Shown piece by piece: positions 59,419-64,000 of a stretch of 64,000 bases of DNA (the first letter of the stretch is position 1; every line of letters begins with the position of its first letter). The position numbers and the translations under genes are program-made. The notes under the pieces are model-generated. The model was not told the DNA's origin, searched no databases, and saw only the letters and a list, made by a program, of their open reading frames with translations. The stretch lies in the NCBI GenBank assembly GCA_041605955.1, contig JBFIXI010000006.1, forward strand, positions 26,853 through 90,852, given 5' to 3'. The stretch comes from Acidimicrobiia bacterium. Its GTDB lineage: Bacteria > Actinomycetota > Acidimicrobiia > Spongiisociales > UBA5794.

Positions 59419-59772
59419 ATGAGTCCTGAAGAGCTGATCGCCGAGCACGTTGCGCCCGTTGCCGACCTCGCTCGGGAGCTGCGTACCTTGGTGCGAGCGG
59501 CGATGGCCGACGCCGAGGAGCGCGTCTATCCCGGCTGGCACGGCTTGGGCTACATCCATCCTGAGGCCGGCTACGTGTGTGGGATCTTCCCACGGGGCGA
59601 CCATGTGCGGCTGGGGTTCGAGCACGGCCATCTGCTGCCAGACCCGGACGGCCTGCTGACCGCCGCAGGAAGCCAGGTGCGCTACGTGGTCGTGCAGCCC
59701 GGGACCACCCTCCCGGCCACCGGAATCCGCGACCTGATCGCCGACGCCGTCGAGCTGCGAGCTGGGCGGTGA
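59419..59772 (+). CDS. DUF1801-like small protein
   Basis: ATG at 59419, 117 aa. Confidence 0.5.
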   Translation: MSPEELIAEHVAPVADLARELRTLVRAAMADAEERVYPGWHGLGYIHPEAGYVCGIFPRGDHVRLGFEHGHLLPDPDGLLTAAGSQVRYVVVQPGTTLPATGIRDLIADAVELRAGR

Positions 59773-60554
59773 TCGCCCCCTACTTGACCCGGGAGCATCC
59801 GATCCGAATGGCGCACCGCGGCAGCCGCCTGCTCTGGCCGGAGAACACCATGGAGGCATTCCGGGGGGCGGTGGCGTTGGGTTATCGCTACATCGAGACA
59901 GACGTGCGGATCTCCGCCGACGGGCACGTGATTGTCTTCCACGACGACACCTTGGAGCGAACCACGAACGGCACCGGCAAGGTCGTCGACCGCAGCCTCG
60001 ATGGGCTGCGCCGGCTCGACGCCGGCTATCACTTCGATGCCGCCGGCGGCTTCCCGATGCGGGGCAAGGGCGTAGGTATCTCCACGCTCGGCGAGGTGTT
60101 GGCCGAGTTTCCCGACGTCCACTTCAATATCGATCTGAAAGGCCCCGCGATGGAATGGGCGGTCGCCGACGTGGTACGGGCGGCCGGGCGCGAGGCATCA
60201 ACGTTGATCGCTTCATTCATCGGCCGCCGCACCGCCAGGTTTCGCCGGATCACCCGCAGCCGGGTGGCTACTGCAGCCGGTCCGTCCGATGCGCTGGCGA
60301 TGTGGTTGGCGTCGCGGCGGGGGCGCTCCATCCGCCGGCCGGTGGCGGCGTACCAGCTCCCGTTCGACAATCCCGTGCTGCCCATCGATCAGAAGCTCAT
60401 CGACGCAATCCACGCTGCCGGGGCTCATGCGCACTTCTGGACCGTCAACGCGCCAGCTCACATGCACCGCCTACTCGACATGGGCGCCGACGGCATCATC
60501 ACGGACCGGCCAGACATCCTCAACGACGTGTTGGCTGCCAGGCAACAGAGATGA
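59769..60554 (+). CDS. glycerophosphodiester phosphodiesterase
   Basis: GDPD catalytic motifs (MAHRGS, ETDV, FHDDTLERTTNGTG). GTGA start overlap. An alternative ATG is at 59808. Confidence 0.8.
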   Translation: MIAPYLTREHPIRMAHRGSRLLWPENTMEAFRGAVALGYRYIETDVRISADGHVIVFHDDTLERTTNGTGKVVDRSLDGLRRLDAGYHFDAAGGFPMRGKGVGISTLGEVLAEFPDVHFNIDLKGPAMEWAVADVVRAAGREASTLIASFIGRRTARFRRITRSRVATAAGPSDALAMWLASRRGRSIRRPVAAYQLPFDNPVLPIDQKLIDAIHAAGAHAHFWTVNAPAHMHRLLDMGADGIITDRPDILNDVLAARQQR

Positions 60555-60590
60555 TCCTCGACTCGCCGCAAACTTGCATAGGCTTGGCCC

Positions 60591-60971
60591 ATGGAACGGC
60601 CCACGATGCGCATCTCGGCCACGGTTCTCGGCGGCCCCGACCCGGGGGCGCTGGCTCGCTTCTATCAGCGGCTGCTCGGATGGAACATCACATACGAGGA
60701 GCCGGATTGGGTGATGCTGCGACCTCCGGACGGCGGCACCGGCCTCTCCTTCCAGACCGAGATCGACCACGTGCCGCCCGTGTGGCCGGCGGGGTCGGGC
60801 GATCAGCAGATGATGATGCACCTCGACATCGGCGTCGAGGATCTCGACGCCGGCGTCACCTGGGCCGTCGAGGCGGGTGCCACGCTGGCGAGCCACCAAC
60901 CGCAGGACGACGTCAGGGTGATGCTCGATCCGGCCGGACATCCGTTCTGCTTGTTCCCCAGCGGTGGCTGA
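60591..60971 (+). CDS. VOC (glyoxalase/bleomycin-resistance) family protein
   Basis: Beta-alpha-beta-beta-beta modules with metal-ligand-like His and Glu residues. Confidence 0.6.
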   Translation: MERPTMRISATVLGGPDPGALARFYQRLLGWNITYEEPDWVMLRPPDGGTGLSFQTEIDHVPPVWPAGSGDQQMMMHLDIGVEDLDAGVTWAVEAGATLASHQPQDDVRVMLDPAGHPFCLFPSGG

Positions 60972-60979
60972 GTCGGGAG

Positions 60980-62101
60980 TCAGAGGTCGGGGGTCGCCTC
61001 TCGGGTGATCACATACGCTTCGTCGTTGAACCAGAGGCGGTCGTAGCGGCTCATCACGTCTCGGGTCGCCGCGAGGTAGCGACCTGAATCGATCGCCTCT
61101 GTGAGCCGGTCCTCGTCGATCTGGGCCACGTATGCGGCGGCATTCCAGGCCGCCAACACCGAGGAGGTTCCGATGTGCTCGGTCATCTCGGAAGGCATGG
61201 TGTGGAGTATGTACGGGAAGATGGCTTCCTCGTCGGGCACGTCATCGAACGATATGTCGGGGGCGACGCCGACATCGGCGAGGGCTTTGAAGAGATCGTG
61301 GCGGTTAGTGCGAAACGGGTTCTCGTCGGGCCAGACGTTGCGGATTATCTCCAGGGCGGGGTCGTTGCCGGCGGCGTGTATTCCGATGAAACGTCCTCCA
61401 GGCGCCAGCGCCGCCACCAGCGGGGCCACCACCATGCGCACCTTGGTCTCGGCGCTCGTGGCCGCCCGGTAGGGCTGGCTGGCAACGATCAGCTCGTATT
61501 CGATATCGGTCCCCCCGGGATGGGGAATGACATCGCGCAACAGGAACTCGCGGTCGTGGCGATAGATCACGTGCACTGCGGGCTGCACCGGTATCGGGTT
61601 GCCCGTCTTGGGGCTCGTCGTGACTTCCCAGTCGGCGGCGAACTGCAGGTGAAGCTTCTGCAGTTGCACGGCATAGTCATGGGCGGTGGCCCCCTCCAAA
61701 GCGGTGGTGCGCCACACCACGTCCTCATCGAGGAAGTTGCCCAGGTGGACTGCCTGGCGGTAGGGCATGTTGGTCACCACGAACACCAACTCCGGATGCT
61801 CGAAGAAGCGGTCGGGCATCGAGTCGACCGCCCGGCGGACGTCCTCGATCGATACCTCCTTGCCGACGATGAGCCATGGGACGTGGGTGAACACCTGGTG
61901 GAGGCGGCGCATGAGATGGATGAGCACGGTGGCGTCCCCCATGCCGGCGTCGAAGATGCGCAGCGCCTTGTCCTTTGGTTCCAGGTGCTGAAGCTCGCGG
62001 CTGACACGCTCCGCTACGGCCGCCTTCTCGTTCGTCGTGGTGACGAACATGTTGTAGGCGGCCCGGCTGTCAAAGAAGCGGTTGGGGGACTGCTCGGTCA
62101 C
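60980..62101 (-). CDS. putative class I SAM-dependent methyltransferase-like protein
   Basis: Motif I-like IFDAGMGDATV. The rest of the 373-aa protein is unassigned. Confidence 0.4.
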   Translation of the reverse strand: MTEQSPNRFFDSRAAYNMFVTTTNEKAAVAERVSRELQHLEPKDKALRIFDAGMGDATVLIHLMRRLHQVFTHVPWLIVGKEVSIEDVRRAVDSMPDRFFEHPELVFVVTNMPYRQAVHLGNFLDEDVVWRTTALEGATAHDYAVQLQKLHLQFAADWEVTTSPKTGNPIPVQPAVHVIYRHDREFLLRDVIPHPGGTDIEYELIVASQPYRAATSAETKVRMVVAPLVAALAPGGRFIGIHAAGNDPALEIIRNVWPDENPFRTNRHDLFKALADVGVAPDISFDDVPDEEAIFPYILHTMPSEMTEHIGTSSVLAAWNAAAYVAQIDEDRLTEAIDSGRYLAATRDVMSRYDRLWFNDEAYVITREATPDL

Positions 62102-62134
62102 TCACCGCAGATTACGACCAGCGAGGCGGGGCGC

Positions 62135-62395
62135 CTAGGCGGTGACCTTCAAGAGCTCGTCGACGACGCCGTCCGCGTGCAGTGCCAGGAGCTCGTCAAA
62201 GCCGCCCACGTGGGCGTCGCCAATGACGATCTGCGGTACCGAGCGACGGCCGATGATCTCTTCGAGCTTGCCGCGAGGATCGTCCCACAACTCGACATCG
62301 ATCTCCGTGCACGCGACTCCCTTGGCGTCGAAAAACGCCTTGGCGCTCACGCAAGATGGGCACCACGAAGTCGAGTAGATGGTGACTTCGTTCAA
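62135..62395 (-). CDS. glutaredoxin-like protein
   Basis: CPSC active site in a thioredoxin fold, 86 aa. Confidence 0.75.
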   Translation of the reverse strand: MNEVTIYSTSWCPSCVSAKAFFDAKGVACTEIDVELWDDPRGKLEEIIGRRSVPQIVIGDAHVGGFDELLALHADGVVDELLKVTA

Positions 62396-62446
62396 TTCCT
62401 GGCCTTTCGCGGGCTTCCGGGAAAATATTGCGCCCGTTGCCGGAGG

Positions 62447-63190
62447 CTATTCCGCGATCTCGCCGAAGCTGGCGCCGGCTTGCCGGGCAACCACATCGAG
62501 GCACTCGCCCTCTTGATCTCGTGCCCGCTCTTCGGGCCCGAAGGTCGCCAGGTCGTAGGCAATGAGCCGAACCACTTCAACGGTATCGCCCTGGTCGACT
62601 TCTCTCAGTTCCCTTCCGTCGAGTAGGAACTGCGCATCGAACACGTACACGCCGTGGCGCGCCATGCAGTAATGGAAGTCGTAGCCGAGGCTTTCCCATA
62701 CTGTTTCGAAGACTCGGCCGGTTACGACCGGGACTGACATCTCATCTGGAGCCGGGGCCGCGACCCCGTCCGGGCGACTCAGGGTTTCGGCGTCCAGGAG
62801 GCGGTAGCCGGTGCCGGTTTGTCGCCCCAGCCCCAGGCGAGTTCCCGAGGGGTCGATGTCGGCGTGGATCCTGAACGTTTCCCAAGGCCCTTGTTCAGCC
62901 CGTAGGTTTGGATGGGCCGGGCCACAGCGGACGAATGGGTTCAGTTCGACGTCATCGAATGATGAGAAGTAGCAGCGGAATCCGTCGCGCTCACGGTTGC
63001 GGCTGGTTGCCTCGACCGTCCTGAGAAACGCGGCTCCGTCGGTGACCGGAGTGCCGGCCACCGTCAGCTTCGTGGCAGCACCCGCTCCGTTGGTGCTCTC
63101 GGAATTGGTCTCGGTGGTATCACCAGGGACTGCGGGGGAGCAGGCGGCTGCCATCAGGGCGATGAGAGCAAGCCCAATTCGCAACCTCAT
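62447..63190 (-). CDS. lipoprotein, unknown function
   Basis: Signal peptide with lipobox MAAACS. The start was moved from the track ORF to ATG at 63190. Confidence 0.55.
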   Translation of the reverse strand: MRLRIGLALIALMAAACSPAVPGDTTETNSESTNGAGAATKLTVAGTPVTDGAAFLRTVEATSRNRERDGFRCYFSSFDDVELNPFVRCGPAHPNLRAEQGPWETFRIHADIDPSGTRLGLGRQTGTGYRLLDAETLSRPDGVAAPAPDEMSVPVVTGRVFETVWESLGYDFHYCMARHGVYVFDAQFLLDGRELREVDQGDTVEVVRLIAYDLATFGPEERARDQEGECLDVVARQAGASFGEIAE

Positions 63191-63236
63191 GGCAGTAGGG
63201 CGATCGCGGCGCAAGAATGGATTCCGAGCTTCCTGC

Positions 63237-63602
63237 TCAGCCCGCGGGGACATAAGGGATGCCGCCCAACCGAACCAGCGCGTCGACCACCGCTTCCCGG
63301 GCCATCGCGAAGTCGCCCCGCACCTCATTGCGGCTCTCGCCGGCCTCCTGGGTGTAGACCCGATACGATGCGCCGTCGTCGAGGATGTAGAGGCCGTCAC
63401 GGGGGCCGACGATGTTGCGGCCGAGCTTGAGCATCTCCTCGGCGTTGGGGATGGCCGCTATGAGGTCTATGCGCTCCACGTTGAACGCCTCTTCGAAATC
63501 GGCGGCATTGGTGGCGCGCCTGCCGAGGATCTGCGAAGCCATGCGGTGGCCGCGCAGCTTGAGGATGGCGACTGCTTGGTCGTGCCGGGTGGGGCGGTCC
63601 AT
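63237..63602 (-). CDS. hypothetical protein
   Basis: 122-aa ORF immediately downstream of leuD. Confidence 0.35.
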   Translation of the reverse strand: MDRPTRHDQAVAILKLRGHRMASQILGRRATNAADFEEAFNVERIDLIAAIPNAEEMLKLGRNIVGPRDGLYILDDGASYRVYTQEAGESRNEVRGDFAMAREAVVDALVRLGGIPYVPAG

Positions 63603-63616
63603 GGCCGTGCCGCCCT

Positions 63617-64000
63617 TCAGGCCACCGACGGCTTGAACGTCCGCCGGGCCGCCTCGTATTCGTCGATCGCGGCGGCATGCTGCAGGGTTAGCCCGATGTT
63701 GTCGAGACCGTTGCTGAGGCGGTGCTTGGCGTGGGCGTCGATCTCGAACCTCGCTTCGAAGTCGCCGCAGGTCACGGTTTGCTTGTCGAGATCGATCACC
63801 ACATGGTTGCCGGGATCGTGGGCTCGTTCGGTCAGCTCGGTGATCTCCTCTTCGGTGAGCACGACCGGCAGCAAGCCGATATTGATGCAGTTGTTGTAGA
63901 AGATGTCGGCGAACGAGGGCGCCACGATCGCTTCGAAGCCCCAGTCTTCGAGCCCCCACGGGGCGTGCTCGCGCGACGAGCCGGAGCCGAAGTTGTGCCC
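63617..64000 (-). CDS. leuD: 3-isopropylmalate dehydratase small subunit, partial (N-terminus beyond the window edge)
   Basis: C-terminal region APSFADIFYNN...IGLTLQH matches LeuD. Confidence 0.8.
   Translation of the reverse strand, partial: GHNFGSGSSREHAPWGLEDWGFEAIVAPSFADIFYNNCINIGLLPVVLTEEEITELTERAHDPGNHVVIDLDKQTVTCGDFEARFEIDAHAKHRLSNGLDNIGLTLQHAAAIDEYEAARRTFKPSVA

Overview
High-GC (~68%) bacterial chromosomal segment, densely coded. The gene content is consistent with an Actinomycetota-like genome, possibly Acidimicrobiia-like, though not decisive (see the System I ccm finding). That content includes an OmpR/HAMP two-component pair, an ECF sigma with an RskA-like anti-sigma factor, a DUF2029/GT87 membrane glycosyltransferase, and a zwf plus short-form gnd pair. 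No rRNA, tRNA, CRISPR array or transposase/integrase gene was recognised. The most notable content is at 2.8-14.4 kb: a divergent pair of operons that together look like a complete quaternary-amine (glycine-betaine-type) demethylation module. On the plus strand are a B12-binding corrinoid protein, a DUF1638 protein, a small unknown protein, a methyl-THF:corrinoid (MtrH/pterin-binding) methyltransferase, a RamA-type reductive activase, a non-pyrrolysine MttB-superfamily methyltransferase and MetF. On the minus strand are a dimethylglycine/sarcosine-dehydrogenase-family flavoenzyme with a GcvT-like folate domain and etfB-etfA. The two operons are separated by a 355-bp control region that carries a nested palindrome and repeated GCGGAAC motifs. 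Other blocks are: a form-II CODH-like coxSLM set, Lon protease, two paralogous PAS sensor kinases with no adjacent response-regulator gene, and a complete System I cytochrome c maturation operon (ccmABCDEF, ccmH/I fusion, ccmG). There is also a pair of paralogous secreted proteins, one of them fused to RTX-type Ca-binding repeats. Further genes are pepN, a Na/Pi cotransporter, a sigma/anti-sigma pair, zwf-gnd, a cell-envelope glycosylation cluster, a 440-bp structured non-coding repeat region and a partial leuD at the window edge. Gene starts were refined by hand from the ORF track using RBS, operon-overlap and domain-boundary logic. Several starts are non-ATG and uncertain.
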